NCBI GenBank assembly: GCA_026989035.1
Contig: JALSKB010000052.1
Coordinates: 4,553-68,552, forward strand
Direction of reading: 5' to 3'
From: Saprospiraceae bacterium
GTDB taxonomy: Bacteria > Bacteroidota > Bacteroidia > Chitinophagales > Saprospiraceae
Length of the DNA: 64,000 bases
Positions 35,441-44,721 of the stretch are shown here, one piece after another. Within the stretch, counting starts at the first letter, position 1. Each line of letters starts with the position of its first letter. The position numbers and the translations under genes are program-made. Under the pieces are notes generated by a model. It ran no database searches. It saw only the letters and a list, made by a program, of their open reading frames with translations, and was not told the DNA's origin.

Positions 35441-36217
35441 ATGAGCCCAAAACGCACTTATTTTGCCAGTGATTTCCACCTGGGTATTGACGGCCGCCTG
35501 ACCAGTCGCGAGCGGGAAGCGCAAATTGTGCGTTGGCTGGAGCACATCAGTCAAGATGCCGAAGCCCTTTGGCTGCTGGGCGATGTCTTTGACTTTTGGT
35601 TTGAGTACCGCACGGTAGTGCCCAAGGGGTTTGTTCGCCTGCTGGGTAAACTGGCAGAACTGCGCGATCAAGGCCTTCCCATTTACTTTTTTACCGGCAA
35701 CCACGACATGTGGATGTTTCGTTATTTTGAAGAAGAACTGGGGATTCCCGTTTATCGTCAAGCTCGCCTGGTTGAGATTTCCGGCAAACAATTTTTTTTG
35801 GGACATGGAGACGGCTTGGGCCCGGGAGACTACGGTTACAAGTTTATCAAAAAGGTCTTCGCCAATCCATTGGCACAATGGTTGTATGCCCGTCTTCATC
35901 CCAACTTTGCCCTGCCTTTTGCCCGCTATTGGTCGGGTAAAAGTCGAGATACCAATAAGCACAGCTCGCTACAATTTCTGGGAGAAGAAAACGAATGGTT
36001 GCTGCAGTATGCTCGCCAAAAGATGCTGGAAATTCCGGCCGATTACTTTGTTTTCGGCCACCGCCACCTGCCCATAGACTATCCCTTGGAACCAACGGGC
36101 AAACGTCGTTACATCAATTTGGGCGAATGGCTGTACTCCAATTCCTATGCCGTTTTTGACGGCGAGCAAGTGAAACTCGAATTTTTTGAAAATGAATGCG
36201 GGCAGGTTTTTCCTTAG
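35441..36217 (+). CDS. lpxH: UDP-2,3-diacylglucosamine diphosphatase-like calcineurin-type metallophosphoesterase
   Basis: Motifs SDFHLG, GDVFDFWFEY, GNHD and GHRH, in the order typical of Bacteroidota LpxH-annotated proteins. Confidence 0.7.
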   Translation: MSPKRTYFASDFHLGIDGRLTSREREAQIVRWLEHISQDAEALWLLGDVFDFWFEYRTVVPKGFVRLLGKLAELRDQGLPIYFFTGNHDMWMFRYFEEELGIPVYRQARLVEISGKQFFLGHGDGLGPGDYGYKFIKKVFANPLAQWLYARLHPNFALPFARYWSGKSRDTNKHSSLQFLGEENEWLLQYARQKMLEIPADYFVFGHRHLPIDYPLEPTGKRRYINLGEWLYSNSYAVFDGEQVKLEFFENECGQVFP

Positions 36218-37094
36218 TTCCGGGCAAGCATTGTTTTTGCTCTGCCTTTCGGCAAATGTGATGTGGTGCTCATGTCATCTACCCCCTGCCGGAACGACGG
36301 CAAGGGTTTCTGCGCAAAAAGTTCGGACAGATAGCAGCACACAAAAATGCAAACAATTATTTCACATCAAGCAAAAGGCAGAGTTTTTAGCGACAGACCC
36401 TCTGCTCAATTGTTATCTGGCTTTGGCTGACGGTCGAATTTTGCGCTACGACTCCGCCGGCTTGCTCACAGCTGAATTTGGGAATTTCAATTTTGGAGCA
36501 GCTGCCTGTATAGATTTATCCCGCCCCTTACGTCCTTTGATTTTTTATCGGGATTTTGCTCAGGTAATCGCCTTAGATACCAGGCTGACTGAGCTGGCAA
36601 GCCTTGATCTTCGAGATGCGGGCCTGGCACAATGCACGGCACTGGCGCGTGCCCGCGATCGAGGGCTTTGGGCTTACGAAGCTAATCAAGGTATATTGTA
36701 CAAACTGGATGAACAGGGCAAGATATTGTTGCAAAGTGATCCGCTGGATTTGCAACTCGACCTGAGTCGTCTCTATTTTACTCAAATTCGAGTAAGCAAT
36801 CATTACTTGCTCCTTTGGGCACCCGGAGAAGGAGTGGCTTTATTCGACGCTTTCGGGCAATTTCTAAAGTTCGTCAAACTGGAAAATGTTCGCGCTATTC
36901 AAACGCTGGATGACGATCATTTTCTGTTGAGTGGTGCCGAAGAGCTTCTTTTTTACGAAGTGGAGGAGGGTGTTTTCCAAACGCTTTTGCTACCTTGTGG
37001 CCCCTTTGAAATGCTTCAGGCGGAGATACAGGAAAACCGCTTTTATCTTTTGCAAGAGGAAAAAATTATCGTCTTACTCCTCTCCAATATGTAG
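36192..37094 (+). CDS. Hypothetical secreted/lipoprotein
   Basis: ATG 36192, hydrophobic N-terminus with Cys (LLCLSANVMWCSC). No recognisable domain. It overlaps the lpxH end by 26 nt. Confidence 0.55.
   Translation: MNAGRFFLSSGQALFLLCLSANVMWCSCHLPPAGTTARVSAQKVRTDSSTQKCKQLFHIKQKAEFLATDPLLNCYLALADGRILRYDSAGLLTAEFGNFNFGAAACIDLSRPLRPLIFYRDFAQVIALDTRLTELASLDLRDAGLAQCTALARARDRGLWAYEANQGILYKLDEQGKILLQSDPLDLQLDLSRLYFTQIRVSNHYLLLWAPGEGVALFDAFGQFLKFVKLENVRAIQTLDDDHFLLSGAEELLFYEVEEGVFQTLLLPCGPFEMLQAEIQENRFYLLQEEKIIVLLLSNM
36245..36257 (+). repeat. GCCTTTCGGCAAA word copy
   Basis: Exact 13-mer inside the signal-peptide coding region, read as L-S-A-N. Confidence 0.9.
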
Positions 37095-37180
37095 GGGAGA
37101 TAAAACGTTAAAAAAAACCAAAGGCTTGCGTTTCAAGACTCAGGAAAAACGCGACAACAGCTTTCAAAACTCGTAAAAAC

Positions 37181-38008
37181 ATGCAAAAAATTCTCAGGTG
37201 TCTTATCGTAGCTGTGTTCATTACCTCATTTGGCGCAAGCCAAAGTCAGGCTCAACCCGGCTGGGAATTGGGCCTGTGGGGTGGAGCTGCTTACTATTTT
37301 GGCGATATCAATACGGAGTTCATCTTAAAACACCCGGGAGGTTTGGGAGGGGCAACAGCTCGTTTCAATTTTAATCGTCGCCTTTGCTGGCGAATGTCTC
37401 TGGGTATTGCCCGCGTCAGCGCTTATGACTCCGATTCGGAAAACCCCTGGCAGCAAGCGCGTAACTTGCACTTTCGCTCCCCCATTGCCGACTTCACCAC
37501 AGCCTTGGAGTTTAATTTCCTCTCTTATACACATGGCAGCAAAGATGAATTTTTTACGCCCTATCTGGTAGGCGGCCTGGCTGCTTTTTACTACAATCCC
37601 CAAGCTCTATATCAAGGAGAATGGGTCAATCTGAGGCCTTTGGGCACGGAAGGACAATTTAAAGGCGAAGAATACTTTTCCATTAGCCCGGCATTGGTTT
37701 ATGGTGTGGGAATGAAATTTAGCCTGAGTTATGTCTGGGGACTACAAATCGAAATCAGTGGCCGGCATACTTTCACCGATTATCTGGACGATGTCAGTAC
37801 CGTTTATCCCGATCGCACCGATTTGCAAAAACTTCGAGGCGAGGTCGCCGTGGCTCTCTCTGATCCGTCCATAGATTTGCCCGGCGTGGACGAACAATTC
37901 GGTCGGGAAGGTTTTCAACGTGGCGACAGCAACAGCAAAGACCAATATGTCTTTATCAGCATTGGTTTGAACTACTATTTTGGCCACCTGCTCTGCCCCA
38001 AGTATTGA
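37181..38008 (+). CDS. DUF6089-like outer-membrane beta-barrel protein (possibly PorG-related)
   Basis: Signal peptide, then WELGLWGGAAYYFGDIN and alternating-hydrophobic beta strands ending in an aromatic residue. The link to T9SS PorG is from memory and uncertain. Confidence 0.6.
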   Translation: MQKILRCLIVAVFITSFGASQSQAQPGWELGLWGGAAYYFGDINTEFILKHPGGLGGATARFNFNRRLCWRMSLGIARVSAYDSDSENPWQQARNLHFRSPIADFTTALEFNFLSYTHGSKDEFFTPYLVGGLAAFYYNPQALYQGEWVNLRPLGTEGQFKGEEYFSISPALVYGVGMKFSLSYVWGLQIEISGRHTFTDYLDDVSTVYPDRTDLQKLRGEVAVALSDPSIDLPGVDEQFGREGFQRGDSNSKDQYVFISIGLNYYFGHLLCPKY

Positions 38009-38035
38009 TATGCCCTGAGCGAAGTGGTTTGGGAA
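38008..38035 (+). repeat. REP/MITE-like element, left-arm fragment
   Basis: ATATGCCCTGAGCGAAGTGGTTTGGGAA starts at the stop codon of the preceding gene. Confidence 0.6.
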
Positions 38036-38257
38036 TCAAACAAGCCTTTGTTTGCAATGGAAACGTATTGTGTCTTTGTTGAAATTGTATTTCCATGCCA
38101 GGCTTCCGAAGGTAAAGAGCGCATTAGTCGTTTTTTGTGAAAATCTATTTGGTTTTCCACATCGCTACAGTAGTAAACAAGTTGATAGCAAATAATCGAT
38201 TTTAGCCTGTTTTAGAGTGTTCTGTATTTAAGAGGTAGTTTGTGAAATCTAATGCGC

Positions 38258-38286
38258 TATACCCAAACCATTTCGGTTTGGATATA
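38258..38286 (+). repeat. REP/MITE-like element, right-arm fragment
   Basis: TATACCCAAACCATTTCGGTTTGGATATA ends 2 nt before the stop of the convergent gene. Confidence 0.7.
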
Positions 38287-38288
38287 TT

Positions 38289-39728
38289 TTACGGCAAAGT
38301 TACCTTGACCAGTTTGAGAGAATTTCGCTTTTCCGAGGGGATGACTACCGTTTTGGCATCTACTTGTAAGGCCTCTACAAAGCGAAGTTGAAGTTGTAGG
38401 TGTTGGGTATTAAAGAGCGTTTTTCTTTGGGCTGTTCCGGTGCTGGTGATTTCGTAGGCACTGACGGTATTTTCATAGCGAATTTCATCGTTGAAGAGGA
38501 GGAATACCCGAGCCGTTGTCGTTGAGGGGAAGTAGGAAGAAAAAGCTCCCTCGTCGTTTTGTGAGTACTGTTTTTTGTGCAAGATGTTGAACCAATCGAG
38601 CTTGCCATCCGGAGCATAAGAAAAGACAAAGACCTCGTCGTAGTAATAATCCACGGCAAAGTGGTCGGCAAATCTATTTGGCGCTGTATTGTTTACCCCC
38701 TTGTTTCGTTCAAACAGATGAACCCGTTCGCAAATGAGCAGCATGCCACCGTCTTGTCGAGACACCAGGTTGTTGATTTCTGCATAAGTGAGTTCTTTGT
38801 TGAAATTGTTGCGGCTGGAGAGTTTTCGGAGGAGTTCTTTTGAATAGGCTTGATAGGTGAGTACGGCAGGTGTTTCGGGTTTTTCGGTGTCGAAACGGAG
38901 GTAAAAGCTACCGGCTGTTCGGTTGAGGTTTTCACCGGAGTAAAGCCCGCCACCTACAATTTGTCGATTCAGGTTGTCATAGCGGTAGAGTTGGCTGTTG
39001 TGGACATGCTCCGGCATGGGCACTGAAAAAGGGTTGGAGGCTGAGGAGCCTGATCCGTCAAAGGTGAAAATCAGCAAGCGGTGGTTTGGGAGTTTAGTTC
39101 GTTTGTTGTTTTCTTCAACCAACAAGTAGGCTCTGCCTCTGTTGTCCAGTAGGATGTCGGAAAAAAAGCGAGAGGAAGCCAGCTCGTCTATGGACTTTTC
39201 GTCGCTCCACAACTCTTTCATGTGTTCCAGATCAAAAGCCAGCATCCAAAGGCGGCCTTGAAATTTGCGTTGGTAAACCAGCAGCTTGGTTCTGTCTTCA
39301 GAAACGAGGGTGCGCAAGTTCAATTCATAGATGGTGCCGGGCAGGTGAGCTATGGTCAGGGAGTCAGTGAGGTTAGCAGCAGCATTGTAGCGATGAATTT
39401 TGATGTGGGCTTGGCCGTCTTTGCGATAGATATACACGACTGAAAAACCGTCCTCATGGGAAATGGACCGAATGATCTGGGGTCGGCGGTGATCTAGTTT
39501 CAGGTCTTTTTCCCAGGCTTTACCCATTTCATCGTCAAAGCCCATGACCTGAACATTTGAAAAATTGTCTCGAAGCAAGAGCACACCTCCTTTGCGTGGC
39601 GAAATGAGTTCATACCCTACAGCGGTGCGCAAGGAAATGGGGTCGGAGATATAGACATCTTGAGCAGAAATGCCCTTTTTCAACAGCAAGAGGGCGGCTA
39701 TGGCCAAGAGCCGAAGCAGTATTTTCAT
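38289..39728 (-). CDS. Hypothetical secreted protein (479 aa)
   Basis: Long ORF with a signal peptide (LLAIAALLLLKKGISAQ) and beta-rich composition. No recognisable domain. Confidence 0.65.
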   Translation of the reverse strand: MKILLRLLAIAALLLLKKGISAQDVYISDPISLRTAVGYELISPRKGGVLLLRDNFSNVQVMGFDDEMGKAWEKDLKLDHRRPQIIRSISHEDGFSVVYIYRKDGQAHIKIHRYNAAANLTDSLTIAHLPGTIYELNLRTLVSEDRTKLLVYQRKFQGRLWMLAFDLEHMKELWSDEKSIDELASSRFFSDILLDNRGRAYLLVEENNKRTKLPNHRLLIFTFDGSGSSASNPFSVPMPEHVHNSQLYRYDNLNRQIVGGGLYSGENLNRTAGSFYLRFDTEKPETPAVLTYQAYSKELLRKLSSRNNFNKELTYAEINNLVSRQDGGMLLICERVHLFERNKGVNNTAPNRFADHFAVDYYYDEVFVFSYAPDGKLDWFNILHKKQYSQNDEGAFSSYFPSTTTARVFLLFNDEIRYENTVSAYEITSTGTAQRKTLFNTQHLQLQLRFVEALQVDAKTVVIPSEKRNSLKLVKVTLP

Positions 39729-39774
39729 AAGGGCAAGATACGAAAAATCGGAGAAAATTCAAGGTGAAAATCCC

Positions 39775-40827
39775 TTATTCATCTCTTTCCCACTTGTATT
39801 GGTCTAATTCCAGAACGGCCACTTCAAGCAGATCAATGGTGGCTAGAATATCGTGCTTGTTAGCCATCTCGATGACCTGGTGCATGTGTCGCAGCGGAAT
39901 GGAAATGGCCCCGGCTATGGCGCCCCGTTTACCTGCTCGCTGCACTCCGGCCGTGTCTGTTCCTCCTGCTGCCAGGACTTCCATTTGGCATTTGATGTCG
40001 TGTTTTTCGGCCAACTGTTTCAAATATTGCACCATGCGTGGATCGCAAATGGTATAGCCATCCAGTACTTTAATGGCCGCACCTCCACCCAATTCGGTAA
40101 CGACTTCATGGGCTTGTGCTCCCGGTAAATCAAAGGCTATGGTTACGTCCAGCCCCAGTCCGAAGTCCGGATCAATCAAGTGGCCGGCTTTGAGAGCTCC
40201 TCTCAGGCCAACTTCTTCCTGTACGGTAAAAACAGCGTAAAAGTCATAGGGGATTTCTTTGTCTTTTAACCTTCGCAAGGTTTCTATGAGAATAAAAACC
40301 GAAACGCGATTGTCCAGCGATTTGCTGTTGACGCAATCTCCCATTTCAATCAACTCCCGTTCTCTGGTGATGGGGTCGCCGACGCTGACCAATTCTTTTA
40401 CTTTTTCACCGGGTAGCCCCATGTCGATGAAAAAATCTTTGATTTCCGGAGCCTTTCTGCGTTCGTCGGGTTTCATCAAGTGGATGGGCTTGCTGCCCAT
40501 GACGCCAATCAAATCCTTTTTTCCGTGTACGATAACGCGTTGGGAGGTAAGGGTTTTGGGATCGAAGCCACCCAAAGTTTGAAAGCGAATAAAACCGTCG
40601 TCATCAATGTGAATGACCATAAAGCTAATTTCATCCATGTGCGCAGCCACCATCATCCGCTTATCTTCTCGCCCCTTTTTGATGGCGATGAGGTTTCCCA
40701 TGTTGTCTATCTGGATTTCATCGACCAGAGGTTCTACCTCCTTTTTTACCAATTTGCGTATGCGATCTTCAAAACCCGGAGCACCAGGGGTTTCACATAT
40801 TTTTTTGAGCAAAGAGACATCTATCAT
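39775..40827 (-). CDS. M42 family metallo-aminopeptidase (FrvX/glutamyl aminopeptidase-like)
   Basis: Start LLKKICETPGAPGFEDRIR, then AHMDEI, DNRVS and QEEVGLRGA motifs. Confidence 0.85.
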   Translation of the reverse strand: MIDVSLLKKICETPGAPGFEDRIRKLVKKEVEPLVDEIQIDNMGNLIAIKKGREDKRMMVAAHMDEISFMVIHIDDDGFIRFQTLGGFDPKTLTSQRVIVHGKKDLIGVMGSKPIHLMKPDERRKAPEIKDFFIDMGLPGEKVKELVSVGDPITRERELIEMGDCVNSKSLDNRVSVFILIETLRRLKDKEIPYDFYAVFTVQEEVGLRGALKAGHLIDPDFGLGLDVTIAFDLPGAQAHEVVTELGGGAAIKVLDGYTICDPRMVQYLKQLAEKHDIKCQMEVLAAGGTDTAGVQRAGKRGAIAGAISIPLRHMHQVIEMANKHDILATIDLLEVAVLELDQYKWERDE

Positions 40828-40924
40828 GTGAACTCAAAATTTTTCTTCACGAAAAACCGTCTCAGTTGAAAAGAGAGCGGTATAATTGGCCAAAGGTCTT
40901 ACTTTTTTTTATTTTTACAAAATC

Positions 40925-40984
40925 TATACTCAAGGGTAAATGAGGTGGTGAGAGGAGCTGTTGGCTCTGGCATTCTTTGGGTAT
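40925..40984 (+). repeat. REP/MITE-like element, degenerate short copy
   Basis: TATACTCAAGGGTAAATGAGGTGGTGAGAGG...CTTTGGGTAT lies immediately upstream of a full copy. Confidence 0.5.
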
Positions 40985-41017
40985 TCAGCTCAAACCCTCA
41001 AGCCAATTCAGCCCTTT

Positions 41018-41121
41018 TATACTCATGGCGAAGTGGTTTGGGAGGCGTTAGCTTCCCAAACTCCCTATCTTTTACCTGTTTGCGAGTTTTAGATATCCCA
41101 AACCAAAATGGTTTGGGTATA
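41018..41121 (+). repeat. REP/MITE-like element, full length
   Basis: TATACTCATGGCGAAGTGGTTTGGGAGGCGTTAGCTTCCCAAACTCCCTATCTTTTACCTGTTTGCGAGTTTTAGATATCCCAAACCAAAATGGTTTGGGTATA. Confidence 0.9.
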
Positions 41122-41209
41122 GCACCTAATAAGTAGGGGGTGCGATCGTCAGATAAATTGTCTGAAACGGCCGAAGCTCAGGACGAGTTCCTTCTATGGG
41201 AATCTGCCC

Positions 41210-41217
41210 TATCTTTG
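41210..41217 (+). promoter_or_regulatory. Bacteroidota-type -7 promoter box abutting the flippase start codon
   Basis: TATCTTTG ends 4 nt before ATG 41222, so the mRNA would be (near-)leaderless. Confidence 0.35.
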
Positions 41218-41221
41218 TCCC

Positions 41222-42694
41222 ATGAGCCTTTTGAAAAAATTGGCGGGGGAAACAGCCATCTATGGCCTGAGCAGCATCATGAGCCGCTTGCTGAATTTTG
41301 TCATTCTGACGCCGTATCTGACGCGCGTATTTACCAGGTCCGAATTTGGCATCGTTTCTCTACTGTACACTTATGCCGCCATCCTCATGGTCTTTTACAC
41401 CTACCGGATGGAAACGGCTTTTTTTCGGTTTGGGAGCTGGCAAGGGGAGGAGGAAAAGAGCTTTTCAACGGCCTCTCTTTCTCTTCTCTTCAGCACTTTG
41501 GGGTTTACGGTACTCATCTTTTCCAATATCGATTCCATAGCGCAAAAGTTGCAGTTTGCAGATCATCCGGAATATGTGCGCTTGGTTGCTTTTATCATCG
41601 CTTTGGATGCCTTGGCAGCTATACCGTTTGCTCGCCTGCGTTTGAACAACCGCCCTATTCGGTTTGCCCTACTGAAAACAGGACATATCGCATTGAATCT
41701 GATTTTCATTTTCACCTTCTTTAAAGGCTTGCCTCATTGGTCGGAAAACTGGGGCCATTACTACCCCTTTGCTCTTGACAATCGCATAGCTTGGCTCTTC
41801 ATGGCCAACTTATTGGCCAGCGGCTTGGTTCTTCTGGCTTTCTTGCCTATGTATGGGAAGCTATCTTGGGGGTTTGATATTCGGCGGTGGAAAAGCATGT
41901 TTTACTATGCCTTGCCGTTAGTGGTTGTTGCTCTGGCAGCAGTCATCAATCAGCTCATTGCTCTCCCTATGCTCGAACGGCTTCTCCCGGGTAGCCTGGA
42001 GCAAAATCGCGCTCTGACGGGAGAGTACAGCGCAGCAGCAAAACTTGCCGTATTGATGAACCTCTTTACGCAAGCCTTCAACTATGCAGCAGAACCCTTC
42101 TTTTTCAACCATGCAGCGCGCAGCCGTTCCCAGCTCATTTATGGCAAAGTCGCTCAGGCCTTTACTTTGGCAGGAAGCCTGGCTTTTCTCCTCATTGTCG
42201 CTTACCTGGATTTTGTCAAACTGTATTTGGGCCCTCATTTAAGGGGCGGGATCGGAGTCGTCCCCATATTGCTTTTGGCCAACCTCTTTTTGGGTTTGTA
42301 TTACAATTTTTCCATTTGGTATAAGCTGAGCGATAAAACCCGATTTGGTGCTTACATCTCTTCGGCAGGGGTCTTGATTACGCTATCCCTCAATGTTTTA
42401 TTGATTCCAAAGCTCGGGTATTACGGCCCGGCTTTGGCAGCACTGGTCTGTTACGGCTTTATGGCCTGGGCCGCTTACCAAACCGGCCAACATCACTACC
42501 CCATTTCCTATCCCGTAAAAAAAATGGGCATTTATCTTCTCTTGGCTTCTCTGGCTGTCGGGTTGAGCATGGGCTTGCGCTTTTTCTTCTATCAACGCCT
42601 TCCCCTGCTCGTAGGCCTCAATACGGCTTTGGTCATATTCTGGATATTTCTGTTTGCTTTGCCGGAATACCGCCGAGAACTTACAGAACAATAA
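41222..42694 (+). CDS. MOP-superfamily polysaccharide/oligosaccharide flippase (Wzx-like)
   Basis: 490 aa with about 14 TM helices. The start MSLLKKLAGETAIYGLSSIMSRLLNF is typical of Bacteroidota 'polysaccharide biosynthesis protein' flippases. Confidence 0.75.
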   Translation: MSLLKKLAGETAIYGLSSIMSRLLNFVILTPYLTRVFTRSEFGIVSLLYTYAAILMVFYTYRMETAFFRFGSWQGEEEKSFSTASLSLLFSTLGFTVLIFSNIDSIAQKLQFADHPEYVRLVAFIIALDALAAIPFARLRLNNRPIRFALLKTGHIALNLIFIFTFFKGLPHWSENWGHYYPFALDNRIAWLFMANLLASGLVLLAFLPMYGKLSWGFDIRRWKSMFYYALPLVVVALAAVINQLIALPMLERLLPGSLEQNRALTGEYSAAAKLAVLMNLFTQAFNYAAEPFFFNHAARSRSQLIYGKVAQAFTLAGSLAFLLIVAYLDFVKLYLGPHLRGGIGVVPILLLANLFLGLYYNFSIWYKLSDKTRFGAYISSAGVLITLSLNVLLIPKLGYYGPALAALVCYGFMAWAAYQTGQHHYPISYPVKKMGIYLLLASLAVGLSMGLRFFFYQRLPLLVGLNTALVIFWIFLFALPEYRRELTEQ

Positions 42695-42736
42695 ATGGTG
42701 GCTTGATTGGAGTGCAAAGGCCGTTGAGCTTGGCAC

Positions 42737-43552
42737 TCATAGGCTCGCTCCACAGTACTTGCAATAGATTGCATCTGCCGTATGCCCCTCTGCTCCACAA
42801 TGCTTGCACGCCTGGGTAGAAACCTTGTGTATTTCGTAATTGCTATGTACTATGTCAACAGATACGATGCCCGTCGGTACGGCAATAATGGCGTAACCAA
42901 TCAACATCACCAAGGCCGATAACAACTGCCCCGCACTGGTTACCGGAGTAATATCTCCGTAGCCCACCGTAGTCAGCGTAACGATCGCCCAATAAATGCT
43001 GTGTGGAATGGAATCAAAACCCGGGTTTACAGGGCCTTCAATCAGATACATCAAAGATCCTATAATCGTTACCAAAACCAAAACAAAAGAAAGAAAAACT
43101 AAAATCTTGGGAATGCTCCGCTTAATGGCTAAAGTGATGATGCGGGCTTGTTTTAAAAACCCCACCATTTTAAAAATCCTGAAAATCCGCAAAAGTCTCA
43201 GTGAACGAATGACCAGCAAAGAACCCGATCCACCAATGAAAAGCCCCAAATAGGTAGGCAAAATGGATAGCAAATCTACCAAGCCAAAGAAACTCGTGAT
43301 GTAGCGAATAGGTTTGTACACACAGTAAATCCGCAGTAAGTACTCCACAGTGAAAAAAATGGTAAATCCCCATTCCAAGGCGTAAAACAAATTGCCATAA
43401 CGAGCACCTAAACTCGGTATGGATTCCAGCATGACGACCATCACGCTGGCCAAAATTGCAATCAACAAAATGACGTCAAACCGCTTGCCTGCCGGCGTTT
43501 CCGCTTCAAAAATGACTTCGTGTAGCTTTTCTTTCCACTGATTTGGCTTCAT
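42737..43552 (-). CDS. Voltage-gated K+ channel (6TM, Kv/KvAP-like) with a C-terminal zinc-ribbon
   Basis: S4 with Arg/Lys at every third position (RSLRLLRIFRIFK), a TVGYGD selectivity filter, and a C-terminal CKHCG-x13-CKYCG. Confidence 0.85.
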   Translation of the reverse strand: MKPNQWKEKLHEVIFEAETPAGKRFDVILLIAILASVMVVMLESIPSLGARYGNLFYALEWGFTIFFTVEYLLRIYCVYKPIRYITSFFGLVDLLSILPTYLGLFIGGSGSLLVIRSLRLLRIFRIFKMVGFLKQARIITLAIKRSIPKILVFLSFVLVLVTIIGSLMYLIEGPVNPGFDSIPHSIYWAIVTLTTVGYGDITPVTSAGQLLSALVMLIGYAIIAVPTGIVSVDIVHSNYEIHKVSTQACKHCGAEGHTADAIYCKYCGASL

Positions 43553-43580
43553 GCTGGTAAAGATAGCAAAAACTTTTTCT

Positions 43581-43593
43581 GCCTTTCGGCAAA
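43581..43593 (+). repeat. GCCTTTCGGCAAA word copy (intergenic)
   Basis: Exact 13-mer between divergent genes. Confidence 0.9.
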
Positions 43594-43631
43594 TTTTTTT
43601 CTCTATAGCTTTATTTTAAAACAAAAAGTTT

Positions 43632-43639
43632 TATATTTG
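43632..43639 (+). promoter_or_regulatory. Bacteroidota-type -7 promoter box
   Basis: TATATTTG lies 27 nt upstream of ATG 43666. Confidence 0.45.
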
Positions 43640-43665
43640 CGACCAAAAATAAAACTCTTTGTGTT

Positions 43666-44385
43666 ATGAAAGCGCTGCTCAATTTCTTATTTCGACTTAC
43701 GCTCAAATACTGGTTTCCTCTTCTGCTAGCAGGGATAGCTTTTTATGTAATCTATCAGAAGGAAGTCCGAATCGTTTTGTACTTCCAAAAACCTACGGAC
43801 GAAGTTCCTTCTCAAGAAATGCAAGCTGCCGATGAATATGCCGAGCACTCCTCCAAAAAGAGCACTGAGGAAAACCGGCTCCACCTTCTTTCTTGGGGTA
43901 AGCCTGCAAGTCGGCAAACCGAACAGCTCGATTTGCAGCAAGCCTTGCAGGAAATATCTAAGGAACAACAACTTCAGTACCTCAAGCGCTTTGCCCGCGT
44001 AGCTGTGGCTGAACGCAAAAAATTCGGATTGCCTTCTTCCGTAATCCTTGCCATGGCCTTGCTGCATAGTACAGCCGGCCAAGCCGACCCTGCTCGGGAA
44101 GCCAACAACCATTTTGGCTTGCTTTGCACCGATTTTCGGGAAGGGAAAGATATGGAAATAAACGGACGTTGCTATCGAGCCTATGAAAATGCCTGGAGTA
44201 GTTTTCGTGACTTCAGCATTTTTGTTACGCAATCCGTTTCCGGAGGTACCGCCCCGTCTCCAACGGACCACTACAACTGGGCCAAACGTCTGGAAGAGAT
44301 GAAAATCTCTCCGGTTCCTCAATTGAGCGCAAAACTCGAACAAATCATCAAAACGTTTCAGCTTTATGAACTGGATTTGAAGTAA
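43666..44385 (+). CDS. Glucosaminidase-domain (mannosyl-glycoprotein endo-beta-N-acetylglucosaminidase-like) protein, membrane-anchored
   Basis: N-terminal TM helix. The segment FGLPSSVILAMALLHSTAGQ...NNHFGL resembles the FlgJ/GH73-type glucosaminidase core. Confidence 0.6.
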   Translation: MKALLNFLFRLTLKYWFPLLLAGIAFYVIYQKEVRIVLYFQKPTDEVPSQEMQAADEYAEHSSKKSTEENRLHLLSWGKPASRQTEQLDLQQALQEISKEQQLQYLKRFARVAVAERKKFGLPSSVILAMALLHSTAGQADPAREANNHFGLLCTDFREGKDMEINGRCYRAYENAWSSFRDFSIFVTQSVSGGTAPSPTDHYNWAKRLEEMKISPVPQLSAKLEQIIKTFQLYELDLK

Positions 44386-44603
44386 AAATTGACAAGCTCT
44401 TTGCCCTCGACCATGTCAACATTGGAATCATTCCAATCCCTTGGGTTGGGGGGGCAGCTTTTACCCCAACTCGCCTTAACCTGAGGGTGATTCAGGGCTT
44501 GCACTTGCATAGGAAGGTGTTTAGGCCTAAATCAAAACAGGCTTAACAAAGGCCGGCTCCGTGCCATTTCTCAATCCATCTGCCTAACCCTCTTGTCAGC
44601 GTA

Positions 44604-44707
44604 TATACCCAAACCGAAACGGTTTGGGATATTTACAGCTCGCAAAAGAGTGAAAGATAGGGAGTCTGGGGGGCTGATGCCTCCCAGACCACTTCGCCAT
44701 GAGTATA
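44604..44707 (-). repeat. REP/MITE-like element, full length, reverse orientation
   Basis: The reverse complement reads TATACTCATGGCGAAGTGGTCTGGGAGGCATCAGCCCCCCAGACTCCCTATC...CCCAAACCGTTTCGGTTTGGGTATA. It carries a compensatory T>C / A>G change in the stem. Confidence 0.9.
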
Positions 44708-44721
44708 GTTTCTACATCTCG

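Noticed and set aside
41140-41724. 194-aa ORF overlapping the 5' part of the flippase gene in another frame.
   Set aside because: The 490-aa frame gives a continuous polytopic MOP-type protein with a matching promoter box. The alternative frame has no such features.
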